Shown piece by piece: positions 8,509 through 18,005 of a stretch of 64,000 nucleotides of DNA. The stretch is taken from the NCBI GenBank assembly GCA_963809615.1, contig CAWEKR010000002.1, positions 6,725 to 70,724 on the forward strand, in the 5' to 3' direction. Below the pieces are notes generated by a model, which saw nothing but the letters and a program-made list of their open reading frames with translations, did not search any database and had not been told where the DNA came from. Within the stretch, counting starts at the first letter, position 1. The number at the start of each line of letters is the position of its first letter. The position numbers and the translations under genes are program-made. Source of the stretch: an uncultured Chloroflexia bacterium (GTDB lineage Bacteria > Chloroflexota > Anaerolineae > Anaerolineales > UBA4823).

Positions 8509-9978
8509 ATGCCTAACCTTGAAAAAGCTTTTATCCAAATTTATACCTGCCTGGTCCTGGCATTATTTGCTTGGAATGCGATAAACACCATCCCATTTCC
8601 CTATGGCGCGGATTACGGTGAAGCCCCACTGGTGGATCAGGCTAGACGAATCCAGACAAAAGCAACCCTATATAAATCAGATCTCAATGAACCGCCTTAC
8701 GTGATCACCAATTATCCCCCGCTCTACCCAGCCTTGATCTCAGCGACCAATTTTATATTTAAAATACCCCTGTTCCAGGCTGGACGAATTACCTCGGTGT
8801 TTTTCTCCCTCCTTAGTGGGTACATCATTGGGCTATTTACCTATCGTCTCACCGGAAACAAATGGCTGGGTGCTTTAAGTGCCACCTTATTTTGGTGTCA
8901 ACCATTCATCCTAAATTGGTCATCCTTAGCGCGTGTGGATGCAATGGCGCTCGCTTTTAGTCTGCTTGGTTTATGGATCCTATATCGATATAAAGATTCG
9001 GGAACCGGAATGGTGCTTGCGATCCTTTGTTTCCTCGTCTCCGCTTTCACCCGCCAGACGTATTTATTATCCGCTCCATTAGCCGGATTTATCTGGCTCT
9101 GGCATCTAAACCGTAAGCGTGCGCTTGCCTTTATATTAATTTTCGGTGTCACCGGTATGCTCATATTTGGAACGATTAATGCAATCACCAATGGTGGATT
9201 TCTGGTAAATATTGTGACGGCGAATATTAACCGCTATAACATGTTTAACATTTTTTCCTGGATCAAACGATTATTGAGTGTTTGGCCGGTCATACTTATC
9301 ATTTGTGCAACCCTTGTGATCATGGCCATCAACCTGCGGTTCAAATCACCTTTGAATACTCAGAACCATATATTACAGCAACCTTTTGTATATTATGGCC
9401 TTGTGTTCTATACCCTTGGAGCCTTCCTTACTGCATTAACCATTGGAAAGATCGGATCGAATGTTAATTATTTTTTTGAATTAATCGCAGTTTGCGCGAT
9501 CTGGGCTGGATTAGGATTGAAAATCATCCTCGACCAGAAAAAATCGCATAAGATGTTGTTACTGGGATTATTATTTTTACAATTCGTGTGGGTACTCGTT
9601 TTTTGTTTTTTTTCTGTGCGACTGACCAGTGAAAATTTATGGGGTAAATTAAAAATCTACGAAAATTTGGAGACGAAAGTCCAGGTTGCAGTACAAGATG
9701 GTAATGTGTTATCCGATGATTATATGGATTTGATCGTCTTATCGAATCAGCCGATCTACTACCAACCCTTTGAATATGGCGAGCTTTACTACGCAGGCAT
9801 ATGGAATCCAGCCCAATTTGTTCAACAAATCGATGAACGCCAGTTTCCACTCATCATCATCGGTGGAGATTCACTAAACAAGGGTTGCTGTTGGTCCCCG
9901 GAGATGATCTCTGCAATGGAGGCGAATTATCTTATCACGCCAGAGAATAATGTACTTATCCTTACTCCGCTGCAATAA
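8509..9978 (+). CDS. Polytopic membrane glycosyltransferase, ArnT/PMT-like (GT-C)
   Basis: About 11-12 hydrophobic segments; first-loop DYGE and NYPPLY, ARVD, FTRQ motifs; soluble C-terminal domain. Confidence 0.65.
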   Translation: MPNLEKAFIQIYTCLVLALFAWNAINTIPFPYGADYGEAPLVDQARRIQTKATLYKSDLNEPPYVITNYPPLYPALISATNFIFKIPLFQAGRITSVFFSLLSGYIIGLFTYRLTGNKWLGALSATLFWCQPFILNWSSLARVDAMALAFSLLGLWILYRYKDSGTGMVLAILCFLVSAFTRQTYLLSAPLAGFIWLWHLNRKRALAFILIFGVTGMLIFGTINAITNGGFLVNIVTANINRYNMFNIFSWIKRLLSVWPVILIICATLVIMAINLRFKSPLNTQNHILQQPFVYYGLVFYTLGAFLTALTIGKIGSNVNYFFELIAVCAIWAGLGLKIILDQKKSHKMLLLGLLFLQFVWVLVFCFFSVRLTSENLWGKLKIYENLETKVQVAVQDGNVLSDDYMDLIVLSNQPIYYQPFEYGELYYAGIWNPAQFVQQIDERQFPLIIIGGDSLNKGCCWSPEMISAMEANYLITPENNVLILTPLQ

Positions 9979-9995
9979 TTGGTGAGCACAAATTC

Positions 9996-11171
9996 ATGCT
10001 ACCGGTGATCATTTGGGTTGTCTTGCGGGTAATTACCAGCGTTATCGCGGGCATGGTTTCATCAATAATACCGCTCACATCTTTGGAAGCGAGTGTTCCA
10101 TTCTTTCCACCCAGCGCGCCAATCAGTCTTTGGCTTGAGCGAGCGTTCGTATCACCCTGGATGCGTTGGGATGCCATATGGTACGAGCGTATTGTCTCTC
10201 AAGGATATTCTGCTACGAACGGCACCACCCAATTTCATCCATTATTTGCCTGGTTGGCAACACCCCTTGCGAGGATTGGAATTTCACCTTCGCTGAGTAT
10301 ACTGATCATTAGCTCCGTATCCGGAATTGCCTTATTTTATTTTTTCTTCAAATTCGCGAAAAATAATAGCTCACCTCAAGATGCGATTTTTGCAACCCTG
10401 CTTTTTACACTCGCTCCGCCTGCCTTTATTATTTTTGCTCCCTATTCTGAAGGTCTATTTCTACTGTGGGCAGTCCTTTGCTTAATCTCCGCACGGAATA
10501 AATCATGGTGGATGGCTGGAATCTTTGGCGGACTGGCAACCTTAACTCGTCAGCAAGGGCTCTTTCTATTGATCCCGATCGCATGGCTAATGTGGGAGAA
10601 TGCAAATAAAGATTATCGAATACTTATAAGCAATTATAAGAACATCTTTTCACTCGCATTGATTCCGTTCGGATATTTGGTTTGGGTTATTTATCGTGCC
10701 ATTGTACTCAACGATGTCAAATTGGATATTAATCACCCACTGGAATTTATCTCATCTTTATTTGTATCGCCGGGTGGCACAAAAGTCGTCCCAATTTACG
10801 GTCTTACCTGGCCATGGCTGGCGATTAAAATGGCGGCTGAAAAACTTTACTTCCATTCTGATATCGATATCTGGATCAATGTTCTTTTTGGAATTGGTTT
10901 CCTTATTCTGTTTGCAGTCGCCTGGAAAAAACTTGACTGGGCCAATCGGCTGTATGCGCTTGCGATTACACTTATCAGCTTTAGTTTATACACTGGTCCA
11001 GTTCATCCGTATATGGGATTACCTCGCCATCTTCTCCTGGCATTCCCGGTTTTTATTGGAGCTGCCTCAGTTCTCACTAGTTCATGGAAACGTTTCTTTA
11101 TGATTGGAATATCTGCATTAGGTTGGTCATTCTTACTCATCATGTATTGCTTGGAATCTTGGGTTGCTTGA
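9996..11171 (+). CDS. PIG-V/GPI18-like membrane mannosyltransferase (GT-C)
   Basis: RWDAIWYERIVSQGY, QFHPLF, APYSEGLF, LTRQQG, PRH..LAFP motifs typical of this family. Confidence 0.75.
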   Translation: MLPVIIWVVLRVITSVIAGMVSSIIPLTSLEASVPFFPPSAPISLWLERAFVSPWMRWDAIWYERIVSQGYSATNGTTQFHPLFAWLATPLARIGISPSLSILIISSVSGIALFYFFFKFAKNNSSPQDAIFATLLFTLAPPAFIIFAPYSEGLFLLWAVLCLISARNKSWWMAGIFGGLATLTRQQGLFLLIPIAWLMWENANKDYRILISNYKNIFSLALIPFGYLVWVIYRAIVLNDVKLDINHPLEFISSLFVSPGGTKVVPIYGLTWPWLAIKMAAEKLYFHSDIDIWINVLFGIGFLILFAVAWKKLDWANRLYALAITLISFSLYTGPVHPYMGLPRHLLLAFPVFIGAASVLTSSWKRFFMIGISALGWSFLLIMYCLESWVA

Positions 11172-11198
11172 AGAGTACTTATTATCGGAGCTATTTTT

Positions 11199-11825
11199 AT
11201 GGAAAAGCATATATCCGAACTGGACACGACATCAACGAACAAAGGCTCTACTCGTGGTAATGGGATTTTGGAATCGTATCTTGCTCGTCTCCGCGCCCGA
11301 CAAGCAAATAAGCTTATTCCGGAATATTTACGCAATGGGCGAATTCTAGATATTGGGTGTGGTTCATATCCATATTTTTTAGCTCACACTTATTTTATGG
11401 AAAAATATGCGGTTGACCAGTTGGATAAACCAGAATCGGTCTCAGAAATTAGCTGGCAGACATTGGACTTAAATTCAGAACCACTCATGCCATTCGAGGA
11501 TAAATATTTTAATGCCATAACCATGCTTGCCGTTGCAGAACATCTAAACCCGTCGAATCTGGTTCAAGTCTTCAAGGAAGTATATCGGATGTTAAATCCT
11601 AACGGAATTATCGTAATTACCACGCCCGCAGCATGGTCGAATAATCTGCTCCAATTAATGGCTAAATTGGGATTGGTAAGTAAAGAAGAGATTGATGAAC
11701 ATATTTACGTCTACACATTACCCCTTCTCGGCTGGTATTTTGGAAAAGCGGGTTTTGAGATGACCAAAGTTAAGTTCGGTTACTTCGAGTTCCGTCTCAA
11801 CTTGTGGGCAGTTGCATATCGTTAA
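11199..11825 (+). CDS. Class I SAM-dependent methyltransferase
   Basis: ILDIGCG motif I, MPFED..FNAI, AEHL, LNPNG.IVITTP. Confidence 0.85.
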   Translation: MEKHISELDTTSTNKGSTRGNGILESYLARLRARQANKLIPEYLRNGRILDIGCGSYPYFLAHTYFMEKYAVDQLDKPESVSEISWQTLDLNSEPLMPFEDKYFNAITMLAVAEHLNPSNLVQVFKEVYRMLNPNGIIVITTPAAWSNNLLQLMAKLGLVSKEEIDEHIYVYTLPLLGWYFGKAGFEMTKVKFGYFEFRLNLWAVAYR

Positions 11826-12121
11826 TTTTATAAATATGGAAATAATAAGAGAATAAATCATATCAGGATCAGTTTGGGACTAGCGGGACGACGATGAACT
11901 TCATAATACAAATTCGTTATAATGTGAACCTCTCGATCTTCAGGTAGACATGCTGACTAATCCGAATCATGAAAGGTCATATTTTCTTCCAGGTCCCCAA
12001 CCGAAATTCTCCACGGAGAGTTCAAGCAATAAAGAAAATTTTTTAGGCTAACGGAAATCAAAAGAAATGTACGCTGGGTCGATATCAACTTACAAATAAT
12101 GATCCTTTCCGCACTCCGCTG

Positions 12122-13315
12122 ATGGACAATAAAAAGGTTTACCACCTGCTGGTATGGGCTCTCCTTTTCGCTTCTGTATTAATATTGCTCCGCCTTGCCC
12201 CCATTTTGATCAAACCCGTCAATCTATCCAGCGATGATTTTTTTCATTTATGGGCAGCGGGAAATCTTAATCTTCACGGGGAAAACCCGTTTGACCCACA
12301 AATTATTGAGCAACTTAAGATCCAAAATGGCAGTATTCCATCGGAGGCCATCACCCCGATCATGCTCAACCCGCCCTGGTCAATTTCATTATTAATGCCC
12401 TTCGGAGGGATGAATTATCCAACTGCGAGATTAGCCTGGTTGATAATTTCAATTTCCTTATTCTTATTATCTGCACTGCTTTTATGGCGCATCTATTCAG
12501 GGAATCCAAAGCTGCGTTGGTTGTCCATCCTAATGATTTTTTTGTTTGCTCCTACAATTTCAGCGCTCGAGAAAGGGCAAATCACACCCATCGTTATCCT
12601 TGGAATTATCGGATTTGTCTATTTTTCAAGTTATCGCCAAAACGACTGGTTGGCTGGTATGTCTCTGGCGCTTGCATCCGCAAAACCACAGGTCGCACTG
12701 ATCTTCTGGATGGCAGTGTTATTTTGGGTGATCTACCAACGCCGTTGGCGTATTATCCTGGGTTTTTCCATCACCATCCTGGTGATGACCTTGATGACCT
12801 TGGTATTTAACCAAAATGCAATCCAGCAGTATATCGCAATGCTTCAAAGCTACCATCTCTCCGAATGGGCCACCCCAACCATCGGTGCGTATCTCCGTCT
12901 CTTCTGGTTGGGAACGGAAAAATTCTGGCTTCAATTTCTCGCCACACTGCTGGGAATGCTGTGGTTTATTTTTTATTGGCGAAAACACAAAGAATCCTGG
13001 AACTGGTTATTGGTGTTGCCGGTACTGCTCTTTGTCTCTCAATTGACTGCCCCGTATAATTGGTCGTACGATCTGGTCATTTTGATTCCTGCGATTGTCC
13101 TTGCTACGATATGGATTATGGACGGCAGGAATCGGTGGACAGCTCTATTCTTGATCGCCATATATCTGGGGATAAGTGCTTTCGATTTAATTTTGCACAT
13201 GAAATTAGATGATTTCTGGTTTATTTGGGTTGCTCCAGCATTACTGATCTGGTTTTTAATTGCCAGCTGGCGATACCAAAAATCACAAAATCGAGTATAT
13301 ATAACAGGCGCTTGA
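12122..13315 (+). CDS. GT87/DUF2029 family membrane glycosyltransferase
   Basis: DDFFHLWAAG, NPPW, GQ, KPQ and YD motifs; about 10 TM segments. Confidence 0.75.
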   Translation: MDNKKVYHLLVWALLFASVLILLRLAPILIKPVNLSSDDFFHLWAAGNLNLHGENPFDPQIIEQLKIQNGSIPSEAITPIMLNPPWSISLLMPFGGMNYPTARLAWLIISISLFLLSALLLWRIYSGNPKLRWLSILMIFLFAPTISALEKGQITPIVILGIIGFVYFSSYRQNDWLAGMSLALASAKPQVALIFWMAVLFWVIYQRRWRIILGFSITILVMTLMTLVFNQNAIQQYIAMLQSYHLSEWATPTIGAYLRLFWLGTEKFWLQFLATLLGMLWFIFYWRKHKESWNWLLVLPVLLFVSQLTAPYNWSYDLVILIPAIVLATIWIMDGRNRWTALFLIAIYLGISAFDLILHMKLDDFWFIWVAPALLIWFLIASWRYQKSQNRVYITGA

Positions 13316-13322
13316 TAATATT

Positions 13323-14858
13323 ATGGCTAACAACATCAACCCCGAACTTCCGGTGAAATCCAAAAAAGGAGGCATTGGCCTCGACATACTTTGGTTATTG
13401 GTGATCCTCTCCGCCTTCCTTTTTTTCACCTCTTTAATGCCCTTGCCTCCGAATGATTTTTGGTGGCACCTCAAAATCGGACAAGATATATTCACAACCC
13501 ATTCCATACCCACCACGAATATTTATGCGTGGACGCTTCCATCAGATCAACCGTTCTTTTACGCTGCCTGGTTGGCTGAGTTGTGGTTTTATCTTCTCTA
13601 CCGCCTGGGGAGCCTGGAAATAATCATATTTATCCGCACTGTCCTGATTGGTATTTGCGTGGGGTTAGTGGCCATAGAGGCTCGCCGTCGCAGTGGTTCC
13701 TGGCGTATCAGCGCCTTTGTGATCGCGCTGCTCAGCGCCATGATCCTTAATAATTTAATTGTCCGGACGCAAATGTGGGCCTGGCTGCCATTTACGATTA
13801 CTTATATCGTGCTCAAAAGATATTCTGAAGGAAAACTAAGCTGGGCTTGGCTCCTTTTATGCCCGGCAAGCATGATTTTATGGGTGAATGTTCATGGAAG
13901 CTTCATACTAGGGTTGATCCTTCCCGGGGCATTCCTCGTCGGAGAAGCCCTGCGAAAATTGCTCCGGCAATCGGAGGTATTAAATTGGCATCAGATCGGA
14001 TGGATTGGTTCTACAGGGGTTTTATCAGCATTGGCAATGTTGATCAATCCACGTTTTACCGGAATTATCGGCTATGCAGCCAACCTTCTCACCAATCCTC
14101 CCAGCCAACAGCTGATACAGGAATGGCAATCTCCGACCCCTAAAGGAATTGCCAATATTACCTTCTATCTGAGCATCCTAATATTTATCGTCGTGCTCGC
14201 ATATTCAAAGTACCGCTTAACCATCACCGAGATCATCCTCTTCTGTGGATTCTTATGGCTTGCCTGGTCGGGGCAAAGATATGTCGTGTGGTATGGTATT
14301 GTCAGCATGCCTATCCTGGCACGGATGATAAAAGATCTACCCATAAAAATTCCCGCCTTCGTTCCGCAAAAGAATTGGCTTAACCTGGCATTAGCCGTGT
14401 TGATATTCGTACCTACGCTCGCGGTACAACCCTGGTTTGTTGAGCGTATACCGCTCCCAGAGACTTATTGGCAGCAGGTGCTGCGCGGATCTCCAGCTGG
14501 ACCCTTGATCGGCATTGAGACCCCCGTAGCAGCAGTCGAATACCTGAAATCTCATCCAGGCGGGAATTTATTTAATGAGATGGGCTACGGTAGTTACCAG
14601 ATCTGGGCAGTTCCTGATCAGGGTGATTTTATCGATCCAAGGGTTGAGCTTTTTCCCTACGAACAATGGATGGAATATATCGACATTAACAACGGTGCAA
14701 ACTACACCGAGATCCTGACGAAGTACGGCGCCGATCGAATCTTATTGGATAAGAAATTGCAGCCAGGTTTGTCCTCAGCAATGTCTAAAGACAAATTATG
14801 GAAACTGGAATACGACGACCCGTATGCACAGGTTTGGTCAAAGGCGTCAAGGCCTTGA
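13323..14858 (+). CDS. Uncharacterised GT-C-like polytopic membrane protein (DFWWH family), paralog of 18006-19520
   Basis: PNDFWWHLKIG, WVNVHG, INPR, QEW.SP, LFNEMGYGSY, FIDPRVELFP; many TM segments plus a soluble C-terminal domain. Confidence 0.65.
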   Translation: MANNINPELPVKSKKGGIGLDILWLLVILSAFLFFTSLMPLPPNDFWWHLKIGQDIFTTHSIPTTNIYAWTLPSDQPFFYAAWLAELWFYLLYRLGSLEIIIFIRTVLIGICVGLVAIEARRRSGSWRISAFVIALLSAMILNNLIVRTQMWAWLPFTITYIVLKRYSEGKLSWAWLLLCPASMILWVNVHGSFILGLILPGAFLVGEALRKLLRQSEVLNWHQIGWIGSTGVLSALAMLINPRFTGIIGYAANLLTNPPSQQLIQEWQSPTPKGIANITFYLSILIFIVVLAYSKYRLTITEIILFCGFLWLAWSGQRYVVWYGIVSMPILARMIKDLPIKIPAFVPQKNWLNLALAVLIFVPTLAVQPWFVERIPLPETYWQQVLRGSPAGPLIGIETPVAAVEYLKSHPGGNLFNEMGYGSYQIWAVPDQGDFIDPRVELFPYEQWMEYIDINNGANYTEILTKYGADRILLDKKLQPGLSSAMSKDKLWKLEYDDPYAQVWSKASRP

Positions 14859-14981
14859 ACCGGGTAGCGTTGGGTGAATTCCACCATTTCGTCGGTTTTC
14901 AGTATACGCAGGGTTTTTACTTCATCGTGAACAACACGGAATTTTCACAGGATTGCGAGCTCGTGAGACAAGTTTAATTCA

Positions 14982-16208
14982 ATGACCTGGTGGAAACCCA
15001 TCGATCGTATTTTAACACCCCGGCGATTAACCTACGCCTTGATTGCCGGAGGTGTGATGTGGTTTGCCTGGATGATCAGCATATTGCTGGGTCCCGGGAA
15101 CCTGGACCTCGCCGGAAATGTGGTCGGAACAGACTATTTACAATTCTACTCTGCGGGAGTGACCCTTCGCCAAGGCGAGAGTGCGCAGTTATACAATTTT
15201 GATTTTCAAAGCCAGCTTGAGGATAGCATCGCAGGTCCTGGTCAGACCAGCTACCAGTTCCTCACGCCACCCTTTTTCGCCTGGCTTTTCGTTCCCTTCT
15301 CCTTCCTCCCCTACACCTGGAGTTTCTTCACCTGGAGTCTGATCGGGTTCTTTTTTCTTTGGGCCAGCATCAAATTGATCGCCGCTGACCAACCCATTAA
15401 ATCCATCTTGTGGTCACTCACCTGGTTTCCCGTCTTTGCAGCCATCAGTTTTGGGCAAAACAGCCTGCTCAGTTTATTTATATTCAGCCTCACCTATTGG
15501 CTTTGGAAAAAGGATAGATACTTTTTAGCCGGACTGGTAGGTAGCCTGCTGCTCTACAAGCCGCAGATGGTCTTGGGATTAGGATTGTTATGGTTATTGG
15601 AGTGGCGTAAAAGCTGGAAGTCCCTCCTGGGACTCGGTTCAGGAGGCGTAGTCCTGGCAGGTCTATGTTTTTGGTTGCTGCCGGATGCCAGTTGGGCGTA
15701 CCTCAATCTTGTCCGCTCCTATTTACCTGGTTTGATCTATCAAGACCAATTTCCCATTTGGCATCTTCACTCGCTGCGTGGGTTCTGGATACTGCTGTTC
15801 CCAGGAAACCGGTGGTTATCCGAGGGCTTATCGCTGCTTTTATCCCTCACAGGCATTGGAGTCTACCTTCTTTATTGGCACAAAAACCGGGCGAATAAAA
15901 GCCTCTTATTCGCTGGCATGATCTGCCTCACCATCTGGGTCACCCCCCATGCCATGATTTATGATTGGAGTATCCTGCTCATCCCCGCCATTATTTTCTG
16001 GCAAGTATACCCTCACTTAAAACCATTGTTGAAAACCATGTATGCATTGATCTGGATCGCAACCTTTTTGAGCACACCCCTGACGTTAGCGCAATTAAAA
16101 TTCCTGCCTGTAGCAATTCAAATCAGCATTCCGTTCCTTTTCCTGGTATATCTAACCCTGTATCAACAAACCCGCTTGGAGCTATCAGCAACCAGCGATT
16201 TGGAATAG
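14982..16208 (+). CDS. GT87/DUF2029 family membrane glycosyltransferase
   Basis: GTDYLQFYSAG, TPPF, GQNS, YKPQ, TPH..IYD motifs. Confidence 0.8.
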   Translation: MTWWKPIDRILTPRRLTYALIAGGVMWFAWMISILLGPGNLDLAGNVVGTDYLQFYSAGVTLRQGESAQLYNFDFQSQLEDSIAGPGQTSYQFLTPPFFAWLFVPFSFLPYTWSFFTWSLIGFFFLWASIKLIAADQPIKSILWSLTWFPVFAAISFGQNSLLSLFIFSLTYWLWKKDRYFLAGLVGSLLLYKPQMVLGLGLLWLLEWRKSWKSLLGLGSGGVVLAGLCFWLLPDASWAYLNLVRSYLPGLIYQDQFPIWHLHSLRGFWILLFPGNRWLSEGLSLLLSLTGIGVYLLYWHKNRANKSLLFAGMICLTIWVTPHAMIYDWSILLIPAIIFWQVYPHLKPLLKTMYALIWIATFLSTPLTLAQLKFLPVAIQISIPFLFLVYLTLYQQTRLELSATSDLE

Positions 16209-16446
16209 CGTCAATGAACGCCAGGCGAAGCCCCCCAATCGGGTCGCTTTGCCTGCGGATGTGCAACCTGTCCGATGCCTTCCTGCGCAATGATTGTACT
16301 TAAGTATCCTCACCTAAATTGAGCGTATGGGGTTCGTTGCTGGGGTGATTTTTACCAAAATGCGCTGTAAAGCCCCTTGCTTGAGCAATGGGGATATAAA
16401 GCGCAGATCTTGACATTATATAACACACAATTGTATAATAGAACAT

Positions 16447-16851
16447 ATGGGCTACAAACAAGACTTCAAGTGCAATCGTCATGTGCTCTACTCGTGTAAA
16501 TACCATGTTGTCTTTTGCCCAAAGTATCGCCGCAAGGTGCTCGTAGGGGGTGTGGATAAACGTCTGAAAGAGATTATTGATCAGCTGGCGAAAGAGTTGT
16601 CCTGCGAGGTTCTCGAACTTGAAGTGATCCCAGATCATGTGCATAGGCTGTGCGAAGTCGATCCGCAGTTTGGGGTACATAAATTTGTGAAGCAGGTCAA
16701 AGGACGTAGTTCTCGTTTGCTCCGTCAGGAGTTTCCGCACTTGAAAAGCAAACTGCCTACCTTGTGGACACATTCTTATTTCGTCTCTACGGTTGGTGGT
16801 GCTCCTATAGCAATCTTGAAGCAGTACATCGAAAGCCAGAAGACAGTCTAA
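16447..16851 (+). CDS. tnpA: Y1 HUH transposase TnpA
   Basis: YHVVFCPKYRR, HUH motif DHVH, LWT.SYF, catalytic YIESQ. Confidence 0.95.
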   Translation: MGYKQDFKCNRHVLYSCKYHVVFCPKYRRKVLVGGVDKRLKEIIDQLAKELSCEVLELEVIPDHVHRLCEVDPQFGVHKFVKQVKGRSSRLLRQEFPHLKSKLPTLWTHSYFVSTVGGAPIAILKQYIESQKTV

Positions 16852-17976
16852 ATGATAACCTTCAAGTATCGCCTTCATCCATCCAAGAGCCAACGCACAA
16901 AACTGATGCAGACGTTGGAGCTATGCCGCTCGGTCTACAACGAGACACTTGCCACTCGCAAAAGCACCTGGGAGCAAGAGCATAGAACTCTTTCGCTGTA
17001 CGATACGAACAAGCTTCTCCCTACCTGGAAGCAGGAACATCCTGAATTGAAGGGTGTGTACTCTCAGGTCTTGCAGAACGTTCAAGATCGGGTTGATCTG
17101 GCTTTTAAGGCCTTCTTTCGCAGATTGAAAGCAGGGGAGAAGCCTGGCTATCCACGCTTTCGGGGAGTTGGTTGGTACGATAGTTTCACTTTCAAGCAGT
17201 TTGGCTTTGAACTTCTGGGTAACGGTTTGTTTCTATCCAAGATAGGCGTAGTGAAGGTTGTTTTGCATCGCCCCATCCAAGGGCGGATCAAAACACTCAC
17301 CATTCGCAGGGATGCAGTTGGCAATTGGTATGCCTGCTTTGCGTGTGAGGTAGAAGAGGAACACTTGCCGTCAAGCGACCTGGCGATCGGGATAGATATG
17401 GGACTGGAAAGCTTTGCTACATTGTCGAACGGTGTGAAGGTCGAAAATCCCCGTTTCTTTCGCCTGGATGAGAAAGAGCTTGCGAAAGCACAGCGTAAAC
17501 TCTCGCGGGTCGGGAAAGGAACCCCCGAACGAGCGAAACGTCGCAAGTCTGTTCAGCACATCCACGAACGCATTGTCAATCGACGCAAGGACTTTGCGCA
17601 TCAACTGAGCCGTGCCTGGGTGGATCGTTTTGGCATGATCGCCTTTGAGAAGTTGAACAGCAAGAACATGCTTCAAAACCATTGTCTGGCAAAAAGCATC
17701 TCGGATGCAGCCTGGAACCAACTGATACAGTACACCACGTACAAAGCTGAGAATGCTGGTCGGGTGGTCGTATTGGTTGATCCATGCAACACATCCAAGC
17801 AATGCTCAGGCTGTGGAACGATGGTGGAGAAATCTCTGGCAGATCGAGTTCATGCCTGTCCAGTGTGTGGTCTCGTCATGGATCGAGACGAAAATGCAGC
17901 AATAAACATATTGGGATTGGGGCTACAATCCCTGGGCTATACCCTAGAAGCCCCCGCCTTTAGGCGTGGGGAGTAG
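16852..17976 (+). CDS. tnpB: RNA-guided endonuclease TnpB
   Basis: N-terminal HTH, RuvC residues GIDMG / FEKL / DRDENAA, Zn finger CSGC...CPVC. Confidence 0.95.
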   Translation: MITFKYRLHPSKSQRTKLMQTLELCRSVYNETLATRKSTWEQEHRTLSLYDTNKLLPTWKQEHPELKGVYSQVLQNVQDRVDLAFKAFFRRLKAGEKPGYPRFRGVGWYDSFTFKQFGFELLGNGLFLSKIGVVKVVLHRPIQGRIKTLTIRRDAVGNWYACFACEVEEEHLPSSDLAIGIDMGLESFATLSNGVKVENPRFFRLDEKELAKAQRKLSRVGKGTPERAKRRKSVQHIHERIVNRRKDFAHQLSRAWVDRFGMIAFEKLNSKNMLQNHCLAKSISDAAWNQLIQYTTYKAENAGRVVVLVDPCNTSKQCSGCGTMVEKSLADRVHACPVCGLVMDRDENAAINILGLGLQSLGYTLEAPAFRRGE

Positions 17977-18005
17977 TCACAGCTAGCAGCAAGAGCCATC
18001 AAAAA

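Larger units (their letters stand above)
16356..17980 (+). mobile_element. IS200/IS605 family element (IS608-like), copy 1, 1625 bp
   Basis: Inserted 3' of TTAC; left end CAAAA...AAAG plus hairpin CCCCTTGCTTGAGCAATGGGG; right end GAAG plus hairpin CCCCCGCCTTTAGGCGTGGGG ending TCAC; no target-site duplication; boundaries supported by the second copy. Confidence 0.92.

Noticed and set aside
16300-16893. Long ORF antisense to tnpA, also present in copy 2 (29736-30275)
   Set aside because: Conserved only because the element is duplicated; its ends differ with the flanks and it has no recognisable motif.
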